A DNA stretch of 64,000 nucleotides from Methanomicrobiales archaeon (GCA_037137755.1 JBAXJR010000001.1:121126-185125), one strand, 5' to 3'. Positions 1 through 11,046 are shown, counted from the stretch's first letter. Translations and numbers: made by a program. The notes: generated from the sequence alone by a model not told the origin.

Positions 1-1
1 T

Positions 2-211
2 AACGATCAGGTTATCAGGCGATCTATTATCGATACCATCCTGAAGGTATACATGAGAGACACGGTGAATATGCGCATATTAAACCCGGACGGCAATTAT
101 ACCAGGGTACGGCCCTTGCAGGGGGAGACGCCATGCGATGCCCAGTCCTGGCTGATCTCGCGCCGGGGTATTTGGCATGAAAAAGCCAGGAAAACTTCTA
201 AAAAGAAGTAG
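2..211 (+). CDS. ppk1: Polyphosphate kinase 1, C-terminal end (partial; not in ORF track)
   Basis: Frame from nt 2 reads NDQVIRRSIIDTILKVYMRDTVNMRILNPDGNYTRVRPLQGETPCDAQSWLISRRG...KKK*. This resembles the PPK1 C-terminus (IL..YL.D.V.AR.L.PDG.Y.RV...Q.WL), and a ppx gene lies 4 kb away. Confidence 0.8.
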   Translation, partial: NDQVIRRSIIDTILKVYMRDTVNMRILNPDGNYTRVRPLQGETPCDAQSWLISRRGIWHEKARKTSKKK

Positions 212-326
212 CGGTGCTCGTGTGTTAAACAGGCGCGTATATTGTTCCCGGGATCACTTTCGCACCGCGGTGAAAAGGTTAATCGCCGCAAACACGAATC
301 TCTTTCTATAAAATTTCCGGACAACC

Positions 327-803
327 ATGATTGTACTAGGTATTGACCCAGGCCTTGCACGTCTGGGATATGGGGTGATAGAGAAGACGGGTAACAGGGC
401 TATCCATATCACCCATGGCTGCATCACCACAAGTGCGGAAGATCTGTCTGCCGGTACAAGGCTCAATCATCTTTACGGGGGACTGAAAGACCTGTTTTTG
501 GAACACCGCCCGGAGCGTGCGGCAGTAGAAAAATTGTTTTTCTCTAAAAATATCACGTCAGCGATGGGTGTAGCGGAAGTCCGTGGGATCATCCTCCTCA
601 TTTGCGAACAGGAGGGGGTCCCTGTGACTGAATATACGCCGAACCAGGTGAAACAGGCGATAACAGGGTCGGGACGCGCGGACAAGAAACAGGTGCAGGA
701 GATGATCCGACGCCTCCTCCATCTGCAGGAAATCCCAAGGCCAGATGATGCCGCAGACGGCCTGTCCCTTGCGCTCTGTCATATCCATACCATGAGGGCA
801 TAG
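327..803 (+). CDS. ruvC: Holliday junction resolvase RuvC
   Basis: MIVLGIDPG N-terminus, AVEKLFFSKN, YTPNQVKQAITGSGRADKKQV and PDDAADGL catalytic motifs. Confidence 0.97.
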   Translation: MIVLGIDPGLARLGYGVIEKTGNRAIHITHGCITTSAEDLSAGTRLNHLYGGLKDLFLEHRPERAAVEKLFFSKNITSAMGVAEVRGIILLICEQEGVPVTEYTPNQVKQAITGSGRADKKQVQEMIRRLLHLQEIPRPDDAADGLSLALCHIHTMRA

Positions 804-938
804 CGCAATGATCACTCCTTCCCGCACGGTTCACACCCACCCTGGCATGCCTCAATTGAGATTAACCGGGATATCACTCTCCCCTTCTGACGGGTGCAGG
901 TATGCCGTGGTTGTTCCACAGACCGGGGGGTGCTATCT

Positions 939-1544
939 GTGATATCGCAACTTTTTGGGGAAATTGTTGCAACCGGGGATGGATTCGTAGTAATGGATGT
1001 GGGAGGTGTAGGGTACCGGGTACATATGACAACAACCGATGTTGTCTGCCTTTCCGGGTCTTCGGGAAAGAAGAGAGTACACACCCACCTCATTGTCAGG
1101 GAGGACGCACTTTCACTGTACGGATTTTCTGATACCTTCGACCTCGAAGTGTTCCTGCTCCTCATCGCGGTGAACCGGGTCGGCCCCCAGCTCGCCCTCT
1201 CCATCCTTTCGCAGCTCCCGGCAGAGGAATTTGTCCAGGCTGTTACCGGGGAGGACGAAAAAAGGTTGACAAGGCTCTCCGGGATTGGTCCGAGGAACGC
1301 GAAAAGACTAATCCTCGAATTAAAAGACCGGATGAATGAGCGTCTCACTGTTGTCATTTCCGGGGCCCCGGGGGCCCCTGGCAACATCAGGGAAGACGTC
1401 GCGGAAGCCCTGGTTGCACTGGGTTTCCCATCGCGGGAATCCTATGATGCCGTCGATGAGATTTGCAGAAGGACAGAATCCGCTGATTCGCAGGTATTGC
1501 TGAAGGCCTCACTCTCGTTCCTGAAAGAGAGGAAAAAGATATGA
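939..1544 (+). CDS. ruvA: Holliday junction DNA-binding protein RuvA (probable GTG start at 939)
   Basis: [16 protein letters not shown], HhH motifs [10 protein letters not shown] and [18 protein letters not shown]-terminal [15 protein letters not shown] lies upstream of GTG939. Confidence 0.95.
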   Translation: MISQLFGEIVATGDGFVVMDVGGVGYRVHMTTTDVVCLSGSSGKKRVHTHLIVREDALSLYGFSDTFDLEVFLLLIAVNRVGPQLALSILSQLPAEEFVQAVTGEDEKRLTRLSGIGPRNAKRLILELKDRMNERLTVVISGAPGAPGNIREDVAEALVALGFPSRESYDAVDEICRRTESADSQVLLKASLSFLKERKKI

Positions 1545-2533
1545 GGGAACGGGTGATCGAGGCTGTTGTGCCCGGCGATGACGTGATCGAAGAGACAATC
1601 AGGCCGTCAAAACTGAAAGACTTTATCGGCCAGGATGGCTTAAAAGAAACGCTTTCCATTGCCATTGAAGCGGCACAGAAACGAAAAAAACCACTTGACC
1701 ATATCCTGCTTTCAGGTCCCCCCGGCCTTGGTAAGACAACACTGGCCCATATTATCGCCCATGAGATGGGTACTGGTATCCACTCCACAAGTGGCCCGGT
1801 TCTGGAAAAGCAGGGGGATCTCGCAGCTATTCTGACAACCCTTTCGAAAGGCGATGTCCTTTTTATCGATGAAGTACACCGCCTCAGCCCGGTTGTAGAA
1901 GAAGTGCTGTACCCGGCAATGGAAGATCTCGCTATTGATGTCATGATAGGCGAAGGTCCTGGTGCCCGGTCTATACGCCTTGATATTGAGCACTTCACGC
2001 TGATCGGGGCAACCACGAAGATCGGACTCCTTGGTTCGCCGTTCCGGGACCGCTTTGGCCTGATATCCCGTCTCAACCTATACACTCCCGCAGAACTTGC
2101 AGAAGTCATCCTGCGGAGTGCAGGTATCATGCAGGTCAGTATCACTGAGGATGCCGCCCGCGAGATAGCCGGCAGGAGCAGGGGGACACCAAGGATAGCA
2201 AACCGTCTGCTTCGCCGTGTCGGGGATTTTGCGTTAGTACGAAGCGACGGAACCATAACCAGGGAGGTGGCATCGCATGCCCTTACCCTGCTGGGTATTG
2301 ATGCGCTGGGCCTTGACGACCTTGACCGGAGAATCCTGACCGTCATTTCAGATGATTTCAAGGGCGGTCCGGTCGGGCTCAAAACAATTGCTATATCAGT
2401 CGGTGAGGAATCGAGGACAATTGAAGATGTGTACGAACCGTTCCTGATTCAGATAGGGTTTATTAAACGGACCCCCCAGGGAAGGGAGACGACACCGGCA
2501 GCCGGAAAGCATCTCCATCAGCAATGGTGGTGA
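1541..2533 (+). CDS. ruvB: Holliday junction branch-migration ATPase RuvB
   Basis: Walker [52 protein letters not shown] overlap with ruvA. Confidence 0.98.
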   Translation: MRERVIEAVVPGDDVIEETIRPSKLKDFIGQDGLKETLSIAIEAAQKRKKPLDHILLSGPPGLGKTTLAHIIAHEMGTGIHSTSGPVLEKQGDLAAILTTLSKGDVLFIDEVHRLSPVVEEVLYPAMEDLAIDVMIGEGPGARSIRLDIEHFTLIGATTKIGLLGSPFRDRFGLISRLNLYTPAELAEVILRSAGIMQVSITEDAAREIAGRSRGTPRIANRLLRRVGDFALVRSDGTITREVASHALTLLGIDALGLDDLDRRILTVISDDFKGGPVGLKTIAISVGEESRTIEDVYEPFLIQIGFIKRTPQGRETTPAAGKHLHQQWW

Positions 2534-2538
2534 CGGCA

Positions 2539-2546
2539 TTTTTTTT
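2539..2546 (+). terminator. Oligo-T archaeal terminator candidate after ruvB
   Basis: T8 run 5 nt after the ruvB stop. Confidence 0.45.
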
Positions 2547-2743
2547 ACCTGAAAAGAAGACATTTTTTGCGGCAAATCAAGAAAAATAGGGGTTATTGTA
2601 TTTCTTCCCAGCACAGGAGGCTGGTTGTATCAACCAGAAGGAGGAGAGGTGCGCTGGTTTGGGACACTAGGGGGCCCTGTAGTCATGATTTCATGGTATT
2701 ACCTCCATACTGTGCATTTTCTGGTCCATCTGAAGGACTATTT

Positions 2744-3016
2744 TTAAAAGATAGCCACAGATACTTCCGAAATATCTCCGGGTTCATTCATCCCCCTGGC
2801 AATCGATTGAGCCAATACGCCGGATGCCAGGGCAAAGAAAGCCCACCTCCTCTCCGGTTCCGTTGTTGAGAGGGAGAACGTGAGGACATCAGGATTATTA
2901 TTTACCATCCTGGCGATTGCACGCCATTTTTTAATTTCCCTGTTTTGATCTGATACCTGGTCAGGGATTGTTCCCTGCCCGGGTAGTTCATCTGGTTCTT
3001 CTGTCAGGTCAGGCAT
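2744..3016 (-). CDS. Small hypothetical protein (90 aa)
   Basis: GGTGA ribosome-binding site just upstream of the ATG and an AT-rich promoter region beyond it. No recognisable family. Confidence 0.55.
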   Translation of the reverse strand: MPDLTEEPDELPGQGTIPDQVSDQNREIKKWRAIARMVNNNPDVLTFSLSTTEPERRWAFFALASGVLAQSIARGMNEPGDISEVSVAIF

Positions 3017-3104
3017 GGCATTTCACCGTTTACTACTATACACAATCTATTTTTATAATATATATATCTTTGTTGTTTTGTATAGCATTTAATTAATATA
3101 TTAT

Positions 3105-3139
3105 TGTAATGCATATACATCATATGATAATGCATTACA
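3105..3139. promoter_or_regulatory. Inverted-repeat operator candidate TGTAATGCAT-N15-ATGCATTACA
   Basis: Perfect 10-bp arms (3105-3114, 3130-3139) enclose the palindrome ATCATATGAT (3119-3128) in a divergent AT-rich intergenic region. Confidence 0.5.
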
Positions 3140-3212
3140 TTGTGTTCTTTGTTTGTACATCGGAAGGGTGCATTTTCAAGATCAAGGAGAGATCCGGGCC
3201 AGGTGTTTATTA

Positions 3213-3770
3213 ATGCTGAAAGAGAAGGAACGAGAAAGATCGCGATTTATTGAAATACTACAAGAACATCCCCGTGGTTTAACAATTGAAGAAATTTCCC
3301 ACCTCCTGCCCCTTAACCGTAACGCGACATCAAAATACCTGAACCGTATGCTTATTTCAGGCCAGGTTGAGATGAAGACATTTGGTCCGGCGAAAGTATT
3401 TTTTGTCTCGAAGAGGGTACCGATTTCCCAGCTCCTCAACCTGAGCTCAGACCTGATCCTGGTACTGGACCATGAAATGTTTGTACGGCATGTGAATGAC
3501 CGGTTACTTGATATTTTCCAGGTGCAACGTTCAGATATCCTCGTTCATCATCTCGACCATACGAATTTTGGAACCTGCATCAGCCCGGAATTCCGCCAGC
3601 AGATCAGCGAGGGCGAAAATGGGAATGAATGTGCTCTTGAGGAAAAAATCGCCATCCATGGGCATACATGGCAATTTTATGCCAAATGTGTCCCCGTTGT
3701 ATTCGAAGAGGGGGAGCGCGGCGTATCGGTAATTCTCCGCGATGTCACCGTTTCGAAAGTTCTTTCCTGA
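3213..3770 (+). CDS. wHTH + single PAS domain regulator
   Basis: N-terminal HTH (PRGLTIEEIS...LNRNATSKYL...GQVEMKTFG) followed by a PAS domain ending VILRDVT. AGGTG lies upstream of ATG3213. Paralogous to the N-terminus of 45590-49474. Confidence 0.85.
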   Translation: MLKEKERERSRFIEILQEHPRGLTIEEISHLLPLNRNATSKYLNRMLISGQVEMKTFGPAKVFFVSKRVPISQLLNLSSDLILVLDHEMFVRHVNDRLLDIFQVQRSDILVHHLDHTNFGTCISPEFRQQISEGENGNECALEEKIAIHGHTWQFYAKCVPVVFEEGERGVSVILRDVTVSKVLS

Positions 3771-3787
3771 TCGACCATATTTCCTGT

Positions 3788-4039
3788 ATGGTCAATCATC
3801 CTTGCGTTTCTTTAGCGGTTGCAATCAGCAGGGAATACTGTTCCCGGTTGAGGAACATAGTGATACTCTCAGAACTTTGCGGCATCCCGGTCACTATCGG
3901 GGGGATCTTCCTCCCCTATTTTCTCGATGTCCCTTCCGGAGCAAGGATTATCCTGGTAGCTGCCGGATTGTACGGACTCGTGCTGATAGAACGGGGATTG
4001 CGGAAAAATAAACGCAGAATTATTCCAGGGAACACCTGA
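3788..4039 (+). CDS. Small putative membrane protein (83 aa)
   Basis: ATG 17 nt after the HTH-PAS stop, two hydrophobic segments and a basic tail, followed by a T8 run. Confidence 0.4.
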   Translation: MVNHPCVSLAVAISREYCSRLRNIVILSELCGIPVTIGGIFLPYFLDVPSGARIILVAAGLYGLVLIERGLRKNKRRIIPGNT

Positions 4040-4088
4040 ACATTTTTTTTGGTACTCTCCCGCACGGGAGAACAAATAGTGCCTGCTA

Positions 4089-5687
4089 TCAGGGAGTTGT
4101 TGTCCCGGGATTTGAATCGGACCGGACGATACTATGCTCCAGTTTCAGGCCGAATGCCCGTTCAAAATTTTTTGCCTCGTTATCTACACCCCACGACTCA
4201 AACTGGCAGTCTTCCCGGGCCACAATTTCCAGTTCAGCTGTTTTTTCAATAATCCTGGTGAAGTACACCCGTTCGATAAGCGCAGCATGTCGCCGGTCAA
4301 GGCTCTCAGAAAGGCGAAGGAACGTTGAGAGAATAGTTACCATTTCTTTCCCATGCTCATCAAGTTCAGGCATCTCGACCTCCTTTTTCTTTGGAAGTTT
4401 CTTCCGGTGATACCGGGCGATGTTCGCCATGATCAGGACTTCATCAGGTTCAAACCCGAGGAGGTCACTATTCCTGATAATGTAATAGGAGTGGGCGTGG
4501 TGGTTATTAAACGAGATCAGCGACCCTATATCGTGTAAAAATGATGCATATTCAAGAAGTTCCCTTTCGCGGGTACCCAGCGAATGAAGACCCACCGTCT
4601 TGGCGCTGTCAAACAGCTCGAGTGCAATAGTTGAAACAGTCCTTGCATGGTACTCGTTGATACCAAATGCCCTTCCCGTCAGTAGCACGCTTTTCTCCCG
4701 GACTGACAGATGGCCAAGAAGAGGGAACCCCTCCATTTTTGAAAGATAATCCGCGAGGAGACCGTCCTGGAGCCCTCTCTGTGTGACTTCAAGCGTCTGG
4801 ATGTTCAGTTCCTTCATAAGCGTGTCAATGATGGCAGTCCCGGCAATAATAATATCTGCCCGTTCAGGATTGATCCCTGGTATTTTACGGCGCTCTGACA
4901 ATGACAAGGAACAAATGATCGGGACTGTCTTTTTAAGGTCTGATGCGGTAAGGGCGGTCCTTTTAGGGTCACCGGCATGGAACAACCGTGCTGCAATATC
5001 GCAAAGGTTTATAATCGTCCCGGAACTTCCGACGACCATGTCGACGGGATGACGTCCTGCCTGACGTACAACTGCCCTGGCTTCATCCCTGATATAGTTC
5101 CGTATCTCTTCATAGCGGTATCCACTGACGGGTTCTACCACGCTTTCGGGAAAGAACATGTTCGTCAGCCTGATAGTACCGAGGTGCATGCTTGACAGGT
5201 AGCTGCAGGCACCCCTCCCTCCTATCGCAACTTCGGTGCTGCCACCCCCGATATCAATAACCATGATTTGTTCGTTTTCCAGGTGCATCGCAGAAGTGAC
5301 ACCCATGAAAATCAGGCGTGCTTCCTCCCTGCCGGAGATTACCTGTACATCCAGGTGTGCCTCTTTCCTGAGCCTGGAAAGGAACTCGTACCTGTTCTGG
5401 GCTTCCCGTGTTGCGGAAGTGGCAACTGCTACAAATTCTTCGGCGCGAAACGAGTGTGCCAGTTCGACAAATTTACCTGCGACCATGACTGCCCTGTCCA
5501 TGGCCTCCCCGGTTATGAACCCGGTTTCAAATTCCCCTTCGCCCAGCCGTACTGCTTCCTTCTGGCTCGTAAGTACGATATACGAGCAATCAGGGTTCAG
5601 CCTTACAACAAACAACCTGATAGAATTTGTACCGATGTCAATGAATGCAACGATCCGTGATACCTGTGGCGTCTTCGTTCCAGTCAT
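4089..5687 (-). CDS. ppx: Ppx/GppA exopolyphosphatase with C-terminal HD domain
   Basis: IDIGTNSIRL, ATSATREAQN, ISGREEARL, DIGGGSTE, GLQDG and HD motif FLHDIG. Confidence 0.93.
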   Translation of the reverse strand: MTGTKTPQVSRIVAFIDIGTNSIRLFVVRLNPDCSYIVLTSQKEAVRLGEGEFETGFITGEAMDRAVMVAGKFVELAHSFRAEEFVAVATSATREAQNRYEFLSRLRKEAHLDVQVISGREEARLIFMGVTSAMHLENEQIMVIDIGGGSTEVAIGGRGACSYLSSMHLGTIRLTNMFFPESVVEPVSGYRYEEIRNYIRDEARAVVRQAGRHPVDMVVGSSGTIINLCDIAARLFHAGDPKRTALTASDLKKTVPIICSLSLSERRKIPGINPERADIIIAGTAIIDTLMKELNIQTLEVTQRGLQDGLLADYLSKMEGFPLLGHLSVREKSVLLTGRAFGINEYHARTVSTIALELFDSAKTVGLHSLGTRERELLEYASFLHDIGSLISFNNHHAHSYYIIRNSDLLGFEPDEVLIMANIARYHRKKLPKKKEVEMPELDEHGKEMVTILSTFLRLSESLDRRHAALIERVYFTRIIEKTAELEIVAREDCQFESWGVDNEAKNFERAFGLKLEHSIVRSDSNPGTTTP

Positions 5688-5968
5688 ACTCTATCCATCG
5701 GTCGATTATTCGCAAGCGTTCTCGAATTGCTTTTGTCATATCCCACGTGCTAGTATTTGACGAAAAATCTTTTCTGCAGGATATATCGTGTTTCGTTTGG
5801 ATTTTAACAAACTGAACTTTTTTCCCCGGGATTTCCGGCGATTTGGTAGTATAAGGAATCAGTTTTGCCGATCGGTCCGTTTACCAGCTGTTTAAATGAT
5901 TTGTATTCAGGGGATAATAATATGAGGATCCGTATACCGCTGATTTTTTGGGGGAGTCAAGGCCTGTA

Positions 5969-7078
5969 TCAGGAAACCGGGCATTGTTTCTCAACCCTGC
6001 ACTGCATGCACAATCCAATCGTGCCTGCGACCACCAGGCACAATGACGCTGTTATGAGAAATGCTGTCAGGAATCCAAGTAATTCAGCTATAAATGTGAC
6101 GAAAAACGGAATAATTGTCATCCCAAGGTAACTTGATGTATTAAAGAGCCCCATGAAGGTCCCCTGTTCCTTTCCGGCATCAGCGAGAAAAGCGAGCTGG
6201 GCAATCATAATGATTCCAGCAAATGCCCCAATGACAATAAATGCCCAGGAAGTAACGTAACTGGCTATCACCGCTGCCGCAGAGAAAATGGCGGCTATGC
6301 GGATTGTCGGGATCGGGGCAAATTTCATCCTGGACACTAAGAGGATTGCAATCGCGGTAGCACCATTCATCGCAGCGATCTGGAGACCTATCGTATCAGG
6401 ACTGTTGCCACTGAATTGCGGGTACAGGGCTGTCACTGCGCCGGTAATACCGATCAGGACCAACGAGGAAAACCACATCCAGAAGAATTTTTTCAGGTTA
6501 ACGACCAGGTTTCTTACTACAGGAACAGCCTTAGGCATAGGATAGGTGACTTTCCGCCCGTCGAATGGTCCGATAATGCTGATAATAAATGGAATTATCG
6601 AAACAACCATGAAAAGCATTATCCCGGCAGACCTGGTACCCAAAGCCGTACTTGCCAGGCCGGATATAATAAGGCCTGCAATAAGTCCGATATTTAACAA
6701 GGCCATGAAAACCCCGATTGATCGCGTATGATCAGCACGTGAGTTAATATACGACATCGCGGAAGCAATAAAAAGGCCTGCACCTGCCCCCTCTATCAAC
6801 CTGGCGAAGATTGTCATATTCACCGACGAATCCATGAGGAGGAGAATGCCGGAAACGATTGTCAGCAGGAGCCCGGCCCTGATAAAATATGCCTGCCCCC
6901 ACCGGTCTGATAATATCCCGACCGGTAGTGTCAGAAGAAATGCACCGAGAAAATAAGCGGAAAATATCTGGCCCTGTAATGCCGTCCCTGAGGCATACGA
7001 GGCAAGGTCCGGGACGATGGCATTTGAGAGCGCCATGACCGAGAAAATACCCAGGTATAACGTGATCAGGGCTCTCAT
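5969..7078 (-). CDS. MFS transporter
   Basis: About 12 hydrophobic segments, motif A-like GILSDRWG, and ARLIEGAG. Confidence 0.88.
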   Translation of the reverse strand: MRALITLYLGIFSVMALSNAIVPDLASYASGTALQGQIFSAYFLGAFLLTLPVGILSDRWGQAYFIRAGLLLTIVSGILLLMDSSVNMTIFARLIEGAGAGLFIASAMSYINSRADHTRSIGVFMALLNIGLIAGLIISGLASTALGTRSAGIMLFMVVSIIPFIISIIGPFDGRKVTYPMPKAVPVVRNLVVNLKKFFWMWFSSLVLIGITGAVTALYPQFSGNSPDTIGLQIAAMNGATAIAILLVSRMKFAPIPTIRIAAIFSAAAVIASYVTSWAFIVIGAFAGIIMIAQLAFLADAGKEQGTFMGLFNTSSYLGMTIIPFFVTFIAELLGFLTAFLITASLCLVVAGTIGLCMQCRVEKQCPVS

Positions 7079-7090
7079 GTGAAACAGTGG

Positions 7091-8980
7091 TTAGATCATC
7101 CGGTATGTTTCAAGGTTCATGGGGGAATGAGTCTGGATATGGTACCGTTTATAGAGCGAACTTGCCAGATCGATAGTATTGTTCTCGTCGCCGTGGATGG
7201 TGAAGATTTTTTCAGGTCTCGGCTGAACCTGTCCCACATAATTCATCAGCTGCCTCCGGTCTGAATGCCCGGAGAACCCATCTACCGTGACGATCTCGAG
7301 GTTGATTACGATAGTTTTGCCCCTTCCGAGCGGCACTTCACGCCAGCCTTTCTGGATACGCCGCCCGAGGGTACCATCTGCCTGGTAGCCGACAAAGACG
7401 AGGGCATTTCGTTCATCTGCCGCAAGGTTGCTAAGGTATTCCATTACCGGCCCGCCGTTCATCATCCCGCTGGTTGTAATGATCACACAGGGGTCACCGT
7501 TGATGACCCGCTCGCGAAGTTCTGATGAATCCACGGCAACAAAGCACTCTGAAAGGAACGGGTTCATCCCTTCCTTGAATATCTGGTTCCTAAGGTCACT
7601 GTTTAAGTATTCGGGATAGGTAGTGTGGATTGCAGTTGCTTCCTTGATCATCCCGTCCAGGTAAATTTTGACCTTCGGGATCTTCTCTTTTCTCATACCT
7701 TCTTCAAGAGCGAGCATTACTTCCTGCGAACGTCCCACGGCGAATGCCGGAATTATGACCTTTCCTCCCCTCGAGAGGACGGTAGTGATCGTCTCGTACA
7801 GCTTCTCCTCGGCATCTGATCTTGCAGGCTGCATATCATTTGAACCCCCGTAGGTACTCTCCATGAAGAGTGCCTCAAGGCGGGGGAAACTTGCAGTTGC
7901 TGGGTTGAAAAGACGACTTTTACTGTAGTTGAAGTCCCCGGTGAATGCGATGTTATAGAGACCATCGCCGATATGGAAATGGGCAATGGCTGAACCGAGA
8001 ATATGGCCTGCATTATGAAATGTGAGTTTAATATCCGGGGCTATATCAGTCACGTTCCCATAATTGAGGGTGATAGAGTGCTTTATGTAGGTCTTAACTT
8101 CGTTTGAGGAGTACGGTACTTTCCTGTCCTCTTTGTGGATTACATCAAGGTAGTCCAGTTGCAGCATCGCTGAAAGGTCCCGTGTCGGTGGCGTACTGTA
8201 AACAGGTCCGTCATACCCGTATTTGTACAGGAGCGGTACGAGTGCACAATGATCGAGGTGTGCATGGGTGAGTACTACTGCATCGAGCTGTGATAGCGGG
8301 TGTATCTCAGGGACATAGAGGTAGGGTGTGCTGTTATTACTGTCTGGCTTTTCACCGCAGTCGATTAATACCCTGCTTTCAGGGGTCGTAAGTAGGAATG
8401 CAGCCCTTCCGACCTCCCTGCAGCAGCCGAGCATCGTGACCCTCGCCCACTGGTCCTTGCTTGTTATATCGCGGTGTATACGGCGTCCGATTGTTCTTAA
8501 AAAGATTTTTCGATCTTCGTTAACTGACCTGAGGTACTGGCGTACCTGTTTTACGGTGGAGCTTTCGATCGGGGGAGTCCTGACGACTTTCGGAGTCCAG
8601 CCTATATGTTTTGTTATTTCACGGAGTGTGGCCCCGTTTTTTCCGATAACAACACCTGGCTTTTCAGCCTCGATTATTACTTCCCCGGTGTCTGCATCAA
8701 AAAAGATATCCGTAATCCCTGCATTTTCCGCTACAACTTCTTTTATCGCACCTATTGCCCTGTCAGGGTCTTCCAGCACGTTCGGGCGGACCACGATGCG
8801 TTTACGCAGGTCCCTGGCGAGTAGTTTAATAAGATCCGCTTCGTCGGCAAATTTTTTCGGGTCATCGGTATAGATGACCAGTTCAGGCCCTTCGAATTCA
8901 ACGTCTGATACGGTGATGCCGGACGGCACCTTTTCGTTTATCTTATCCTTAAGTTCTTTCAATCGTTCTTCAATTAGCAT
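7091..8980 (-). CDS. fttA: Beta-CASP ribonuclease aCPSF1 / transcription termination factor FttA
   Basis: N-terminal KH domains ([10 protein letters not shown]), [33 protein letters not shown]. Adjacent to psmB, a synteny common in archaea. Confidence 0.96.
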   Translation of the reverse strand: MLIEERLKELKDKINEKVPSGITVSDVEFEGPELVIYTDDPKKFADEADLIKLLARDLRKRIVVRPNVLEDPDRAIGAIKEVVAENAGITDIFFDADTGEVIIEAEKPGVVIGKNGATLREITKHIGWTPKVVRTPPIESSTVKQVRQYLRSVNEDRKIFLRTIGRRIHRDITSKDQWARVTMLGCCREVGRAAFLLTTPESRVLIDCGEKPDSNNSTPYLYVPEIHPLSQLDAVVLTHAHLDHCALVPLLYKYGYDGPVYSTPPTRDLSAMLQLDYLDVIHKEDRKVPYSSNEVKTYIKHSITLNYGNVTDIAPDIKLTFHNAGHILGSAIAHFHIGDGLYNIAFTGDFNYSKSRLFNPATASFPRLEALFMESTYGGSNDMQPARSDAEEKLYETITTVLSRGGKVIIPAFAVGRSQEVMLALEEGMRKEKIPKVKIYLDGMIKEATAIHTTYPEYLNSDLRNQIFKEGMNPFLSECFVAVDSSELRERVINGDPCVIITTSGMMNGGPVMEYLSNLAADERNALVFVGYQADGTLGRRIQKGWREVPLGRGKTIVINLEIVTVDGFSGHSDRRQLMNYVGQVQPRPEKIFTIHGDENNTIDLASSLYKRYHIQTHSPMNLETYRMI

Positions 8981-9004
8981 TCAATCCGTCCTAAAAAAAA
9001 GAAA

Positions 9005-9646
9005 TTATGCAGCGAGTGCTGAAAGTGCCTTCTGGACCTGCTCATCAGCAATCTCCATGTAACTTTCTTTGGTAATGACAACAACGTGGATGCCCTCACC
9101 GGACCCTGCATCACGTCTCATTGCAGCCTTAATTGCCCTGATGGCAAGTTCAATTGCCTCTTCTTCGTTCATTGCCTTTTTAAACCGGTCTTCGAGGACC
9201 CCGTAGGCACCGGGGGAGCCTGAGCCTGTTGCGACAATTTCTTCTTCTCTTGTCGCACCGCCCATTGCATCAACCGAATATATTGAAGGACCTGAGTCGT
9301 CTATTCCACCAACGAGGAGCTGGACATAATACGGGAAATAACGGTTTGCATTCAGCAAATTCGAGAGGAGTGTTGAGGCTGCTCCTACGGCAATCGGCCG
9401 TCCCCGCCGTATCTGGTACAGGCTGCTTTCAACGGTCATTACCCGGGCAAGCTGCTGTGCATCCCCGACACCACCAGCGGTAGTCATTCCTATACGGTCA
9501 GATATCTGGTAGACTTTCTTTGCCTTTTTACTGGCGATGAAATATCCCATAGTTGCCCTTTTTTCTGTGGCAAGGACGACTCCTTCAGAAAACACCAGAC
9601 CAACCGTGGTCGTCCCTTTAAGAGGTTCCTGGTACGGTTCATTCAT
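9005..9646 (-). CDS. psmB: Proteasome beta subunit
   Basis: Short propeptide then KG|TTTVG, EKRATMG, GGVGDAQ, ATGSGS, RDAGSG. Confidence 0.97.
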   Translation of the reverse strand: MNEPYQEPLKGTTTVGLVFSEGVVLATEKRATMGYFIASKKAKKVYQISDRIGMTTAGGVGDAQQLARVMTVESSLYQIRRGRPIAVGAASTLLSNLLNANRYFPYYVQLLVGGIDDSGPSIYSVDAMGGATREEEIVATGSGSPGAYGVLEDRFKKAMNEEEAIELAIRAIKAAMRRDAGSGEGIHVVVITKESYMEIADEQVQKALSALAA

Positions 9647-9731
9647 ATGAAAACACCCTAAAATATTTAACGCTGGAAAAATTCTTAAAAGCGCTTGAGA
9701 TATATGATGACATCAATAAATTTAAAGGTTT

Positions 9732-10580
9732 TTATTGAATAGCAGGGTTGCAGAGCACCCTGATAAGTTCGCGGTCAAAAAGCATGGATACTAACTTTTT
9801 ATCGCCATTGATAACGGGTAACTGGTCCACGCGGGCACGCTTCATTTTCAGTGCACATTCGCTTACCTCAGAATTAACCGGGACAGCGACCACGTTTTTT
9901 ACCATCGCAGTCTTCACCGGTCTTGGTGGCAGCTGGACTTTTGAAATACCGTAACTGATGGTGTGCATATCACGGATACTTTCCCATGTCCACTCATCAT
10001 CGTCTGTGCCGTTAGAGAAATCGCTTACCTCTACGGAGTCTTCAATCGTGGAATGCCTGATGAGGTCACGTTCGGATATGATACCCTGAAGTTTACTTTC
10101 CGCATCCAGGATCGGAATTGCTTCGAAACCAGATATCTCCATGACACGTCCGACAACCGGCAGCGGTGTCTCTTCCCACAGGGCGAAGGTCTGGCTTGTA
10201 TAGTTGTCTTTTATCTCTTCTTTTATCCGCATCGTCGCAATGGCATGGACGAGGTCAGCAATGCTGATCAGGCCAAGAAGCGTGTCATCTTCTACGACGG
10301 GAAGCCGGCGGATATTGTGGGATACGAGGAGGTTTGCAGCCTCGCACAATGGGGCATCAGGACTGATCACCATAGGGTCTGCCGTCATCAGGAGACCGAG
10401 CTGGGTCTCTTCAGCTTTCCGGAGGAGGTCTTTCCTGGTAATGATACCTACCAGTTTCCCATGTTTCAGTACCGGTACACCACTAATCCCCGTTCGCTTC
10501 AGTATTTTAAGGACATCATCCCGGTTTCCCGGTATTTCGACATTGACCACGTCCTCGGTCATGAAGTCTTTGACCAGCAA
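9732..10580 (-). CDS. CBS domain protein (two CBS pairs)
   Basis: ISGVPV...VGIITRKDLL, IRRLPVV, GIISERDL, VDQLPV. Confidence 0.9.
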   Translation of the reverse strand: MLVKDFMTEDVVNVEIPGNRDDVLKILKRTGISGVPVLKHGKLVGIITRKDLLRKAEETQLGLLMTADPMVISPDAPLCEAANLLVSHNIRRLPVVEDDTLLGLISIADLVHAIATMRIKEEIKDNYTSQTFALWEETPLPVVGRVMEISGFEAIPILDAESKLQGIISERDLIRHSTIEDSVEVSDFSNGTDDDEWTWESIRDMHTISYGISKVQLPPRPVKTAMVKNVVAVPVNSEVSECALKMKRARVDQLPVINGDKKLVSMLFDRELIRVLCNPAIQ

Positions 10581-10585
10581 CTCTG

Positions 10586-11014
10586 TTATGCTCTCACCAC
10601 CAGGACTGCCACGGGGCAGTTTGAGACGACAAACGAACTTACGCTTCCAAGGAGCAGGCGGTCGACGTTGCTTTTCCCATGGGAACCAACGATTACGACA
10701 TCGGCTCCAATATCTCTTGCAGCTTTAACAATTTCATTGCCTGCATGGCCCTGTTTCAGGTGCGGTGTGATGACCACTCCTTTTGCTTCAGCCTGCTTTT
10801 TTGCTTCAGCTATTGCTTTTCCCCCCTCTTTTTCCAGCATCGAGAGCATGATTTCCCAGGTGTTGTCCATCGGCAGCGATGAAAAGAGCCCGGTTTCCAC
10901 AACATATATAACATGAAGTGCGGTTTTCCAGACCCTTGCTTCGTCAATTGCGGTCTGGATTGCCTGTCCACTCATTCCCGATCCGTCGATTGCGACGAGT
11001 ATTTTACTGAACAT
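10586..11014 (-). CDS. Universal stress protein
   Basis: KILVAIDGS, VIVGSHGKS, LLGSVS, CPVAVLVV. Confidence 0.95.
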   Translation of the reverse strand: MFSKILVAIDGSGMSGQAIQTAIDEARVWKTALHVIYVVETGLFSSLPMDNTWEIMLSMLEKEGGKAIAEAKKQAEAKGVVITPHLKQGHAGNEIVKAARDIGADVVIVGSHGKSNVDRLLLGSVSSFVVSNCPVAVLVVRA

Positions 11015-11046
11015 CTGTTACCCCACAAAATAGTGTTCTTTATGAG

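Noticed and set aside
1387-2382. Long antisense ORFs (e.g. 1387-2382, 9963-10916, 18510-19358)
   Set aside because: Shadow frames opposite confident genes, with no recognisable protein features.
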